DNA from: Parcubacteria bacterium DG_74_1
GTDB lineage: Bacteria > Patescibacteriota > Minisyncoccia > Minisyncoccales > DG-74-1
NCBI GenBank assembly: GCA_001303125.1
Contig: LJNE01000001.1
Coordinates: 17,737-81,736 of the forward strand
DNA length: 64,000 nt
Direction: 5' to 3'
Numbering within the stretch: the stretch's first letter is position 1; each line of letters starts with the position of its first letter. A program made the position numbers and the translations under genes. Shown here piece after piece: positions 43,555 to 52,726 of the stretch. The notes beneath the pieces were generated by a model that had not been told where the DNA came from, searched no databases, and was given only the letters and a program-made list of their open reading frames with translations.

Positions 43555-44743
43555 CTTTTTTAAAAACGGATTTTGGTTGACTTCCCCATATTTTTCTATG
43601 CAGCTGTTCGCGTTGTTCAGACTTTATCCCTCGTAACGCTAGGCCCAACGCCGTGGTATAGCCTAATGACTTCTTGGCTGATAATTCGGGGGTCTCTTTT
43701 TGCCCCCCAGGTAAAATGTTGACCCAGGGATTCGCAATTTCCACCGGAATTTTCAATTCTAACGCAAGGAGCTCACTTAACCCTTTTAAATTAGCCCCTC
43801 CTCCGCAAAGCAAAATCTTTGTTATTCCTTTATTGTTAAGCGATAACTGCTTATAGTCAGCGTGGGTTTGATAATACTCTAAATGTCTTTTAATCTGTTG
43901 AATTAAGTCAACTAGGGCTGGAATTAAAGTCTCGAAAATTTTTCCTTGCCCTTTTCTTATTTCCGTTTCTTTCTCTTTAATTTTAAATTCAAGTCTTTCT
44001 TCTAGGCCGTATTTTATTTTTAACCTTTCGGCTTCTGTTAGGCTTACTCCTAAATTTTTAGAAATAATTTCATCAAAACTTCCGGAAGAAACAGGGATAG
44101 AGGAAGTAAATCTTACAGCATGCCCAGCAAAAACAATAAAAGTAGTTCGGGTTTCTCCTAAATCGATCACAAGAACAGGAGAAGCGATAACTTCACTTCT
44201 TATTAAGGCGCGGACAATAGACAAAGATTCAATTTCTAAAGCCTTAGGCTGTAGCCTAGCTCTTTTAAAAGAAGATATATAGGAATCAACTATTTTCTTA
44301 GGCATTGCAGCCAAAAGAATACTAAAGTTACTCGAATCATCCTGGATAGATGGAATGATTTCGAAATCTAAATAAACTTGGTCTATCGGCAATGGGATGT
44401 AGTTTTCTGCCTCATAAATAACGGCTGATTTTAAATCCTCTTCTGGCATTCTTGGCATCTGGATTATTTGCAAAAAAGACTTTTCCTCGGGCAAAGAGGC
44501 AATGATATATTTCGTATCTAATTTCTCGCCTTTTACTTTTTTTATAGCTACTTTAATAATCTCCGCTAATTTCTCTTCATCCCTTATTTCTCCTCTTTTG
44601 ATTATTCCTGGTTTTATTCTTTCCTCACCAAAAGAAGCCAGGCCATAAAATTTCCCTCTTTTTTTGAGGTTAATAATCTTTAAAGATAGGTCGGAAATAT
44701 CTAATCCAATTGCTTCTGGTTCTAGAGTAAGAAATCTTAACAT
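43547..44743 (-). CDS. PilM-like actin-fold protein (locus 2)
   Basis: 398 aa. IGLDISDLSLKII and CGGGANLKGL motifs. Paralog of the locus 1 PilM. Confidence 0.8.
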   Translation of the reverse strand: MLRFLTLEPEAIGLDISDLSLKIINLKKRGKFYGLASFGEERIKPGIIKRGEIRDEEKLAEIIKVAIKKVKGEKLDTKYIIASLPEEKSFLQIIQMPRMPEEDLKSAVIYEAENYIPLPIDQVYLDFEIIPSIQDDSSNFSILLAAMPKKIVDSYISSFKRARLQPKALEIESLSIVRALIRSEVIASPVLVIDLGETRTTFIVFAGHAVRFTSSIPVSSGSFDEIISKNLGVSLTEAERLKIKYGLEERLEFKIKEKETEIRKGQGKIFETLIPALVDLIQQIKRHLEYYQTHADYKQLSLNNKGITKILLCGGGANLKGLSELLALELKIPVEIANPWVNILPGGQKETPELSAKKSLGYTTALGLALRGIKSEQREQLHRKIWGSQPKSVFKKDD

Positions 44744-44762
44744 TATTTTCTATTTTATCTTC

Positions 44763-46022
44763 TTATTCAATTTCTCGCCAGCTTGTTACCATCCAGCCTC
44801 CGGCCGGCCCTGAGGTAAAGAATGCACTTTCGATTCCGATCTCATAGATAAGTGCGCTATTGTTAGCTACATTAATACCGTAAGCGTTTACCGACCGCAT
44901 ATTACCGGTTTGTGATATACTAATCCATCCGGTATTCGAGTATAAAATGTCCGCTACCGTAGCGTTTTCTATGGTAATCGCAGGATTTGCAGCAGAAGTG
45001 GAGATGTACATAAGATAACTTCCGGGCTCACCCGAGCCAGAAGAAACCGAACCTTCCTGCAAATTAATAAGATTATCCCCTATTATTACTCCGCTTGCTG
45101 ACTCATACGAAGGAGCAAGATGTACTAACGTTGAAGGGTTTCTTATTGTAATATCTCCTGTTACCCAAATGGTTCCTGTAATTATTAACTCGGCGCCATC
45201 AACTTCAAGATCTCCATCAATCTTGATCGGTCCAAGAGAGTCGCTACCGCTAGTTATACTATAAGTCCCCGTTGCTCCCCCATCTGCTGCCTCATTTTCC
45301 CAATCTTCAATCTGTGAGGTGGCAATGGGAAGAGGTACAGCATCTATAAGAGGATCGAGGTTGCTAAGAATGGTAGAAGTGCAATTAGTAACATCATTGG
45401 CGTAGAGCTCCCCGGCAACAGTGATCTTTTGGCCCGAAGACTCACCCTCGCAAATATCCGCATAGGCATTACCCCAGACAGTCCCCTTGCCGTAAATTTT
45501 GTTATCGTCGCCGGCAACAACAACAGTCTCGAGAATTTCTGATTCTGGCTGCTTAAGATTTACGCTTCCGTTGGAGAAGACATTGCCGACCACTTCAGAA
45601 TTACCATCCATAATTAAGCCTCCGTCTCCAACTTGCGCTCCGTAATGCAGTCCCGGCGCCAAACCAGATAACTCATAGGCTACTTGAACCTTACGAAAAC
45701 GACCGGCCGCATTGCCTGTTGCCGTAACTGTTCTCGTCCAGGCAATAATATCGGAAATGATAATTTCAACCGTCGCATTCCCCACTGAAAACGAGTAAGG
45801 ACTACTCCGCTGCATAGTCTCTTTCAGACGCAAAAGCGCATCCTCTATGCCAGCCTCGGCGGCAAAATAAGCCTGGTTTGACTGGGTAAGATTACTGGCA
45901 ATTCTTTGTTGGCCCAGAATTAAAACAATCAAAGGCATGGCAATCAAAAACATTATCGCTAAGACTAGGAGGGTGACAGCGAGCGCAACGAATCCTTTTT
46001 GATTTAAAGACAGATAAAGCAT
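44763..46022 (-). CDS. large PilX/GspK-position pilin-like protein (locus 2), putative tip subunit
   Basis: NQKG|FVALAVTLLVLAIMFL has no Glu5. QAYFAAEAGIEDAL is PilX-N-like. The C-terminal ~330 aa are Gly/Asn/Ser/Thr/Val/Ile-rich, possibly a beta-helix. Confidence 0.55.
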   Translation of the reverse strand: MLYLSLNQKGFVALAVTLLVLAIMFLIAMPLIVLILGQQRIASNLTQSNQAYFAAEAGIEDALLRLKETMQRSSPYSFSVGNATVEIIISDIIAWTRTVTATGNAAGRFRKVQVAYELSGLAPGLHYGAQVGDGGLIMDGNSEVVGNVFSNGSVNLKQPESEILETVVVAGDDNKIYGKGTVWGNAYADICEGESSGQKITVAGELYANDVTNCTSTILSNLDPLIDAVPLPIATSQIEDWENEAADGGATGTYSITSGSDSLGPIKIDGDLEVDGAELIITGTIWVTGDITIRNPSTLVHLAPSYESASGVIIGDNLINLQEGSVSSGSGEPGSYLMYISTSAANPAITIENATVADILYSNTGWISISQTGNMRSVNAYGINVANNSALIYEIGIESAFFTSGPAGGWMVTSWREIE

Positions 46023-46023
46023 T

Positions 46024-46536
46024 TTAATAATTTCTTAGAGAGATGGTAGACTTTAAATTAGCCGAGGCTTGGTATTCCGGTCGATTACTCGGATTTTTGT
46101 AATCAATTTTTAATTCAATTTGCACTGAAGGAACTTCTTCGACAATAATCTGGCTAAAAACTAAATTATTCACCTCGACCTTCTCCGAGGTCAGGGCAAT
46201 AGGATTTTGAGATTCTTTTTTTAGACAAAGCTGGGTTCCGCAGATATAAAAATCAATATAGGTAGTATCTTCTCCTCCCGGTAAATAATGAAGGGTCTGC
46301 AAGGAAAGCTGGGTAGAAGTGCTTGTTGGGGTATAAATAGCCATAGCTCCCCTTATTTCATAAAACATAATCTCCATTGCCCGCCTGGCATTATCTGATG
46401 TTTCTCTCATAACATTGATTTTGGTGCTGGAATGAACAGACCAAATAAGAAACGAGAAAACAATCCCTACTACAACACTCAAAACTCCAACATAAACTAA
46501 AGTCTCTATTAAGGTAAACCCTTTTTTCATCTCCAA
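46024..46536 (-). CDS. prepilin-type minor pilin (PilW/GspJ position, locus 2)
   Basis: MEMKKG|FTLIETLVYVGVL with Glu5. Confidence 0.7.
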   Translation of the reverse strand: MEMKKGFTLIETLVYVGVLSVVVGIVFSFLIWSVHSSTKINVMRETSDNARRAMEIMFYEIRGAMAIYTPTSTSTQLSLQTLHYLPGGEDTTYIDFYICGTQLCLKKESQNPIALTSEKVEVNNLVFSQIIVEEVPSVQIELKIDYKNPSNRPEYQASANLKSTISLRNY

Positions 46537-47012
46537 TTGGTTAAATAAGTAACTACTTTAACCTCTTCATCTTTCCATGAAATGGTAGTGATAATTTTCC
46601 TGGTGTTAGGGTCGACTTCACCGCCCGTTTCAACAATATTATCGTCGCCATCTCTACAAACCTCATCAAAGACAACCTTTCTGGTAAAGCCACCCTCTAT
46701 TTCTTCCCCTAAAATCAATTGCCATTTTGGTGGAACGTCTCCGGACTTTTCTGGATGATAAGCGGTGCTGGTAGCTAGGGTTCCTAAGCCGTTTATATCC
46801 CAGCTTGTCCCGTCGCGAAAATTTCTGACAGCCTCAATTGTCTCTTGAGCTAAATTGTTAGCCTGGGCGGTTTCTTTTGTTAAAGTAGAAATCCTTAAAG
46901 AAAGGGCGACTAAACCAAAAAGGCCTATTAAAGCAACGATAATAATAGCAGTGACTATCAAAATCTCTATTATTGAAATTCCCTTTTTATTGTTTTGCCA
47001 TTTCATCAACAT
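46527..47012 (-). CDS. prepilin-type minor pilin (PilV/GspI position, locus 2)
   Basis: NNKKG|ISIIEILIVTAIII with Glu5. Confidence 0.65.
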   Translation of the reverse strand: MLMKWQNNKKGISIIEILIVTAIIIVALIGLFGLVALSLRISTLTKETAQANNLAQETIEAVRNFRDGTSWDINGLGTLATSTAYHPEKSGDVPPKWQLILGEEIEGGFTRKVVFDEVCRDGDDNIVETGGEVDPNTRKIITTISWKDEEVKVVTYLTNWR

Positions 47013-47895
47013 AAAAACCTTTTGTTACTGTATCGTTTGTGTCAGCCAAATAATGGGCGATGTCTTTATCTATGCCGCCATCTACAATATAAATTACTAC
47101 TTCTTGATCATTTTTCTCTTCATTCCGATCACGATGAATACAAAGGAGAGTATTAAGGGCGTCAAGAGAATGAGTGTGGACACGAAAGGTCTGATCAACG
47201 CCGTCAACAGCAAATGTGCCCTCCCAGTCAAATGCTGTCTTATCAATATTAAAATAATCGGCCATACTAACCTCTTCTGTCTGAGGAATGTCTGGAAAAT
47301 AAAATTTCACGGTAGTGGCATTCTGAATACTCCAACCCAAGTTAAAATGAACGTGCCGGGAATCTTTTATACGCTCTGTATCCGAAGGAACAGAAGGAAT
47401 GGCTAATCCAACTTGGCCAGAGTTCTCAATATATACAGTTTGATTTTTTGTAGGATCAGTTTTTAATCTTAGGGAAACATTACCAGACTGGCTAGTTGAA
47501 CCAATTAGCCGATCAAAAACTATCTCCGGTTCTCCCACTAAATTAATATCATAAACCTCAACTGAATCGGGCAAGGCATAGACCTCATCAGACGAAGTAA
47601 CCCGAGAAGCATAACTTGTTCCCCGAAATAAAGTATACTGATGAGGGTCAGTGGAAGTGGAGAAATAAACCCCCCATTGACTGGCTTCCTCTGACGCTAG
47701 GGTTTTACTCTGGGCAAGCCTCAAAGCATTGATAATCTTCTCGACTGAATTATTTAAGTCCGACTCTACCCGAAAAGAACGGAAGACCGGAAAAGTCATA
47801 GCAATCAAAATAGCCAAGACTGCGATAACGATTAGGATTTCTACTAGAGTGAAACTTTCCACTCTGTGAGAAATTTGTCTATTCTTATACGCCAT
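46987..47895 (-). CDS. pilin-like protein (GspH/FimT position, locus 2) with Ser instead of Gly at -1
   Basis: HRVES|FTLVEILIVIAVLAIL has Glu5. At 302 aa it is unusually long for this position. Confidence 0.6.
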   Translation of the reverse strand: MAYKNRQISHRVESFTLVEILIVIAVLAILIAMTFPVFRSFRVESDLNNSVEKIINALRLAQSKTLASEEASQWGVYFSTSTDPHQYTLFRGTSYASRVTSSDEVYALPDSVEVYDINLVGEPEIVFDRLIGSTSQSGNVSLRLKTDPTKNQTVYIENSGQVGLAIPSVPSDTERIKDSRHVHFNLGWSIQNATTVKFYFPDIPQTEEVSMADYFNIDKTAFDWEGTFAVDGVDQTFRVHTHSLDALNTLLCIHRDRNEEKNDQEVVIYIVDGGIDKDIAHYLADTNDTVTKGFYVDEMAKQ

Positions 47896-47953
47896 AGTGG
47901 TTCTTTTTCTCGACTCAGTTTAATTTAGTAATTTCCAACGGCGTTCATATTGT

Positions 47954-49168
47954 CTATAGTGCGCTGAGCATAGAGTACATCGGTTGAATCATAGAGATAG
48001 CAAAAAAACCAATCGCCACACCAATGATAAGCATAATCACCGGCTCAATGACTGTGGCTAAGTTTTTAGTAGCATTAGAAACTTCTTCTTCAAAAAACTC
48101 AGCTAATTGAGCCAGAATATCCGAGGTTTCGCCAGTCTCTTCGCCAACAGCCACCATTTGAATAACAATTGAAGGATAAATATTTTCATATGGCTCCAAG
48201 GCCTGTGCTATTTTTTCTCCTTTTCTCACTCTCTCGGCCACCGTGGTAATAGCTGATTTATAGTAAATATTCCCCAAGGTTCCTGAGGTAATTTGTAGGG
48301 ACCTGATAACTGGCACGCCCGCCGCCAACAAAGAACTTAAGGTTCTAGTCGTATAGGCGGTATTAATTTTTCGAATAATCAGAGAGATAATCGGAATCCT
48401 CAAGGTTAGTTTATCAATTATTTTCTTCCCGGTTTCGGTCTTGGTTGCGCGCCAAAAAGCAGCAGCTAAGACAAAAATGATAAGGAATACCAAGTACCAC
48501 TGCTGGGTTAAGAAATCAGCTATACCAATAACGATTTGGGTTGTCAGCGGTAGCTCAATCTCCAATTCCTCAAAGGTTTTAGCCAGTTGGGGAACAACCA
48601 TCACTAGCATTAAAATACCAATTCCGATCATGGCACAAATAATTACTGCTGGGTAAATCATCGCACCCTTAATTCTTGATCTTAGATCGTATTCTCTTTC
48701 TATTTGCTGGCTTAAAGTTCGCAAAACATCCTGTAATGTTCCTGATTCCTCACCTACTCTAATCATGTTTTGAAACAATTCGGGAAAAATATTCGGATAT
48801 CCAGTCAAAGAATCAGAAAAACTTTTCCCTTTAACGATCTCTTCCCTGATATTTAATATTGCGTCTTTAAATTTCTTATTTTTGGCTTGCCTAGCTAAAG
48901 TTGCCAAGGCTCTAGGTAAAGGAAGGCCGGCAGAAACCATAACCCGGAGGTTTCTTGTGAAAAAGAGTTTTTCAGTAAGGGGAACACCGAGAGAAGGCAA
49001 TGAGATTTTGAGGCCTTTCTTGGTTAACTTTTTTTCTGGTTCAGCTCGAATCAAAATCAAGCCATCCTGCCGGAGAGCTCTAGCTAATTCATATTCATCT
49101 TTAGCTTCCAAGATGCCGGACTTGCTTTCTCCTTTTAATGATTGAGCGGTGTAAGAATACTTTGGCAT
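47954..49168 (-). CDS. pilC: PilC/GspF-family platform protein (locus 2)
   Basis: 404 aa with two GspF repeats. Paralog of 6402-7610. Confidence 0.9.
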   Translation of the reverse strand: MPKYSYTAQSLKGESKSGILEAKDEYELARALRQDGLILIRAEPEKKLTKKGLKISLPSLGVPLTEKLFFTRNLRVMVSAGLPLPRALATLARQAKNKKFKDAILNIREEIVKGKSFSDSLTGYPNIFPELFQNMIRVGEESGTLQDVLRTLSQQIEREYDLRSRIKGAMIYPAVIICAMIGIGILMLVMVVPQLAKTFEELEIELPLTTQIVIGIADFLTQQWYLVFLIIFVLAAAFWRATKTETGKKIIDKLTLRIPIISLIIRKINTAYTTRTLSSLLAAGVPVIRSLQITSGTLGNIYYKSAITTVAERVRKGEKIAQALEPYENIYPSIVIQMVAVGEETGETSDILAQLAEFFEEEVSNATKNLATVIEPVIMLIIGVAIGFFAISMIQPMYSMLSAL

Positions 49169-50916
49169 TATTCAACAATAACTCGGAGCACCTCCTCGAT
49201 GCTTGTTACCCCTTGGGCCGCCTTAATGAAACCGTCTTCTATCATTGTCCTCATCCCCTCTTTCTGGGCTTGAGCTTGAACCTGGTCAGAGGTGGCTTGC
49301 TTGACTATTAGGTCTTTTATGGTTTCGGTGACTAGTAAAACTTCGAAAATACCAATCCTGCCTTTATAACCTCCAGGGGACTCCTTGGCTGATTTTGCCC
49401 TATAAAAAGTAATTTTATTGAAGGGCTGTTTTGGTTTAGCCAAGCCCTCTTCTCTTAAAATTTCTAAAATTCTATTAAGGTCGCAGTATTGGGCTAAATT
49501 TTTTATTTCCGAATCTTTCAAATAGTATTTTTCTTTATCTTCACACAGCTTTCTAACTAATCTCTGCGCTAAAATACAATTTAAGGTAGAAGAAATTAAA
49601 AACGGTTCAGCTTTCATGTCAATTAAACGAGGTAGGGCGCCGGCCGACGTATTAGTATGAAGGGTTGATAAAACTAGATGACCCGTTAAAGCGGCATTGA
49701 TAGCTAATCCTGCGGTTTCATTATCTCTGATTTCACCGACCATTAAGATGTCGGGGTCCTGCCTAACTAGGGCCCTGAGTCCAGAGGCAAAAGTTAGCCC
49801 AATTTTGGAGTTAACCTGGGTCTGATTGATTCTGGGCATCCGGTACTCAACCGGATCTTCAACGGTGGAAATATTAACTCCAGGAACATTCAAAATTTCC
49901 ATCATGGCATATAAGGTAGTGGTCTTCCCGCAGCCGGTGGGCCCGGTCACTAAAATCATTCCCACTGGTTTTCTCAAATTGTCCTGGACCTTTTCTAAGG
50001 CCTCGCCCCTCAGCCCAATCGCTTCTAAGGTATAAGCCTTGGAAGTTTCTGATAAAAGCCGCATAACAATTTTTTCGCCATCAAAGACAGGTAATACTGA
50101 AACACGAATTGAATATTTATAATCTTCGGTTTCTATTTTAAAGCGGCCATCTTGGGGAAGTCGGTGTTCATCTAATTTCAAACTGGACAGAACCTTTACT
50201 CTAGCCACAATTCCTGGCGCGGAAATCTTGGGCAGGGTCATAGCATCCCTCAGAATGCCGTCAATCCGATACCTTACCACTACCTCTTTTTCTGTTGGTT
50301 CAATATGAATATCTGAGGCCCTTTGCAGAATAGCGTGTTTAATTAAAGTCTCAACAATTCTAATAATCGGGAGTTCTTCGGCCATCTTCTGCAACTCAGC
50401 TTTTTCTTCTACCGCCTCCTCTTCCTTAACCGGTGCTATCACTCCGCTTTCTTTTTTAATTATTTCCCCAAATTCAGCTTCCAGGGTTTGTTGGTATTGA
50501 TGAAGAACGTTTTTGATGCTTTCTTGGGTAGTCAGCCGAGGTAAAATTTTCAGAGGAGTTGTCTTTTTGATAAATTCAATTGTCCGTAAATCTTCCGGGT
50601 CTAACATGGCAACTTCCAATTGCTGCCCTTTTTTCCTGAAAGCGACGATATTATTGCTCCTAGCAATTGGTTCGGGGATTATTTTCAAAACTTTAGGGTC
50701 AATTTTTTCTTTTTCTAAATCGACAAAAGGAATCCCTAAAATATAGGCTTCCAATTTAATCAGCTCGCCTTGGCTGATTAATCCTTTGGAAATTAAAACA
50801 TCGCCAATCTTCTGATGACTAGCTTCAGCCTGCTTCAGTGCTAAATCAAATTCTCCTCTATTGATTAAGCCGGCGTCCAATAAAAAGGCTTTTAGTTGTT
50901 GCGGATCAACTCTCAT
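49168..50916 (-). CDS. pilB: PilB/GspE-family assembly ATPase (locus 2)
   Basis: 582 aa. Walker A GPTGCGKTTT and an N-terminal GspE-N domain. Only one Cys (LCEDKE) remains of the tetracysteine site present in the locus 1 PilB. Confidence 0.9.
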   Translation of the reverse strand: MRVDPQQLKAFLLDAGLINRGEFDLALKQAEASHQKIGDVLISKGLISQGELIKLEAYILGIPFVDLEKEKIDPKVLKIIPEPIARSNNIVAFRKKGQQLEVAMLDPEDLRTIEFIKKTTPLKILPRLTTQESIKNVLHQYQQTLEAEFGEIIKKESGVIAPVKEEEAVEEKAELQKMAEELPIIRIVETLIKHAILQRASDIHIEPTEKEVVVRYRIDGILRDAMTLPKISAPGIVARVKVLSSLKLDEHRLPQDGRFKIETEDYKYSIRVSVLPVFDGEKIVMRLLSETSKAYTLEAIGLRGEALEKVQDNLRKPVGMILVTGPTGCGKTTTLYAMMEILNVPGVNISTVEDPVEYRMPRINQTQVNSKIGLTFASGLRALVRQDPDILMVGEIRDNETAGLAINAALTGHLVLSTLHTNTSAGALPRLIDMKAEPFLISSTLNCILAQRLVRKLCEDKEKYYLKDSEIKNLAQYCDLNRILEILREEGLAKPKQPFNKITFYRAKSAKESPGGYKGRIGIFEVLLVTETIKDLIVKQATSDQVQAQAQKEGMRTMIEDGFIKAAQGVTSIEEVLRVIVE

Positions 50917-50941
50917 AGTAGTGATAATAAATTATAAGGCC

Positions 50942-51310
50942 CTATTCACCCAAGGCTTTTTTAATCTTTCCTACTACTTCTTCTAGGGTATACTGTGCCT
51001 TTACTAAATAAGTTGTTGCCCCTAATTCAACGGCTCTGTTAATGTCTTCTATCTCTCCCAGATTAGTCAAGACAATAACTGGTATTTCCTTCGTTTCCTC
51101 ATCTTCTTTCAATTTTCTTAAGACCTCGATACCGTGAACCCTTGGCAAAACCAGATCAAGCAAAATCAAATCGGGTTTTTTGTCCTTAGCTAACCTCAAA
51201 CCAACTTCGCCGTCTAAAGCTGGGATAACTTCGTATTTTTCCTGTTTTAAAATCTCGCCAAGAGTTTTTTGGAGAGCTGCTTCGTCTTCAACAAATAAAA
51301 TTTTTTTCAT
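50942..51310 (-). CDS. single-domain response regulator (receiver only), locus 2
   Basis: 122 aa. VEDE, LILLDLVLP, YLVKA. Paralog of 8899-9276. Confidence 0.85.
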   Translation of the reverse strand: MKKILFVEDEAALQKTLGEILKQEKYEVIPALDGEVGLRLAKDKKPDLILLDLVLPRVHGIEVLRKLKEDEETKEIPVIVLTNLGEIEDINRAVELGATTYLVKAQYTLEEVVGKIKKALGE

Positions 51311-51365
51311 ATTACTATAGAGACGAGGATATCCACGTCTAAGCTAATAATTTATCGACTTTTTA

Positions 51366-52310
51366 TTATATTGGCAAGGTAAAGTAGAAAGTAGTTCCTT
51401 CTTTTTCTCTTGATTTAAATCCAATTTTACCTCCCAATTTTCCAATAATAGACTTGGAGATATAAAGACCGAGGCCAGAGCCCTGGGTCTGATATCTTAG
51501 GATATTTTCTGAACGAAAGAATTTTTGAAAAATGTATTTTTGATCCTCTTTAGGGATGCCAACTCCATTATCTTCGATTTCGAAATATAAATTTCTGGCC
51601 CTCTTCTCTAGCCCAACCTTAACCCTTCCATTCTCTTTAATGTATCTGATGGCATTGTCTAAAAGATTCTCGATCACCAGGCTAACCTGAGAAGGGTCGG
51701 TTAATACTCTCGGCAAGTCTTTTTGACTTTTGAATTCTATCTCCACATTGGACGCCTTAGCAAAAGGTTGAAATTCCGAAATCAACTTATTAATTAGATC
51801 CTCAAGGAAAACTTCCTCCTTTTTTAAGGGTAAGGTAGCGGTCTCAAGTCGAGAAACGGTTAGTAAATCGAAAACTAATTCTCCCATTCTCCCCAAATTT
51901 TCTTTCAAAATTCTAAAATATTCGATTTGGCCTTTTTCAATCTTACCCAGCCTTCCCGACATCAATAGCTCAATCGTCCATCCTAAATTAGAAAGAGGGG
52001 AACGGAGTTGATGAGAAACGATATTGATGAACTCTGACTTCATTCGGTTAGCTTCAGCTAGATTCTCAACAGAATGAGTAATAATTACGGAGATGATAAA
52101 CAAAATAAGAGCAACCAGAAGGGAAATTAAGGCTATTAATTCTGGCTCTTCAACATAATCGGCACCAATGAGGTAGACAAGTAGGGTTGAGCCAATAATG
52201 ATTATCCCCATAATAAGAAAGAGGAACTGAGGGCACTGCCAAAGAGAAAGCCGATATTTTCTGCATTGGCTGATGATGTTGAGCTGATTAAAAACATTTT
52301 TAAGATTCAT
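51366..52310 (-). CDS. sensor histidine kinase, intramembrane-sensing type
   Basis: Start preferred at MNLKNVFNQ (ATG 52310). Two TM segments with a ~10-aa loop, HisKA box FINIVSHQLRSPL and an HATPase (DNAIRY, DNGVGI, GSGLGLYI). Confidence 0.85.
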   Translation of the reverse strand: MNLKNVFNQLNIISQCRKYRLSLWQCPQFLFLIMGIIIIGSTLLVYLIGADYVEEPELIALISLLVALILFIISVIITHSVENLAEANRMKSEFINIVSHQLRSPLSNLGWTIELLMSGRLGKIEKGQIEYFRILKENLGRMGELVFDLLTVSRLETATLPLKKEEVFLEDLINKLISEFQPFAKASNVEIEFKSQKDLPRVLTDPSQVSLVIENLLDNAIRYIKENGRVKVGLEKRARNLYFEIEDNGVGIPKEDQKYIFQKFFRSENILRYQTQGSGLGLYISKSIIGKLGGKIGFKSREKEGTTFYFTLPI

Positions 52311-52317
52311 TATAATA

Positions 52318-52326
52318 ATTATACCA
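52318..52326 (-). promoter_or_regulatory. extended -10 element (TGGTATAAT) 7 nt upstream of the kinase ATG
   Basis: Minus-sense TGGTATAAT-tattata-ATG. No -35 element recognised. Confidence 0.3.
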
Positions 52327-52415
52327 TTGACGAAAAGAAAATAAAATGATAGCAAACAATTACGGGCATGGTGCAATGGTTAATATATACGTTTCTTGCT
52401 CGCCAAAATTTTAAA

Positions 52416-52486
52416 CGGGGTGTCGTATAATGGTAGTATGTATGCTTTGGGAGCATGCGGCCTGGGTTCAATTCCCAGCACCCCGA
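52416..52486 (+). tRNA. tRNA-Pro(UGG)
   Basis: C1-G72 acceptor CGGGGTG/CACCCCG typical of Pro. Anticodon loop TTTGGGA, T-loop TTCAATT. Confidence 0.85.
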
Positions 52487-52553
52487 AATTAGAAAATTTA
52501 GAGGAGTGAAGGAGCGTAGAATTCCAAGTTCGAGTCTCGGTGCCCCGGCTAAT

Positions 52554-52625
52554 GCGGGTGTCGTATAGCGGTTATTATTTCTTCCTTCCAAGAAGAAGAC
52601 GGCGGTTCGACTCCGCTCACCCGCT
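52554..52625 (+). tRNA. tRNA-Gly(UCC)
   Basis: Acceptor GCGGGTG/CACCCGC, anticodon stem TCTTC/GAAGA, loop CTTCCAA. Confidence 0.85.
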
Positions 52626-52679
52626 CAAACAGAGTGAAGAGCTGAAGAAGGCATTTATTTCTTCGCCCGCTCAAGCAAT

Positions 52680-52704
52680 AAAAAGCGCCTCCGTGGGCGC
52701 TTTT
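52680..52704. terminator. bidirectional terminator between the tRNA pair (+) and rny (-)
   Basis: AAAAGCGCC-tccgtg-GGCGCTTTT. Confidence 0.65.
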
Positions 52705-52726
52705 AAGTTTATTTACAGCAGAAGCC

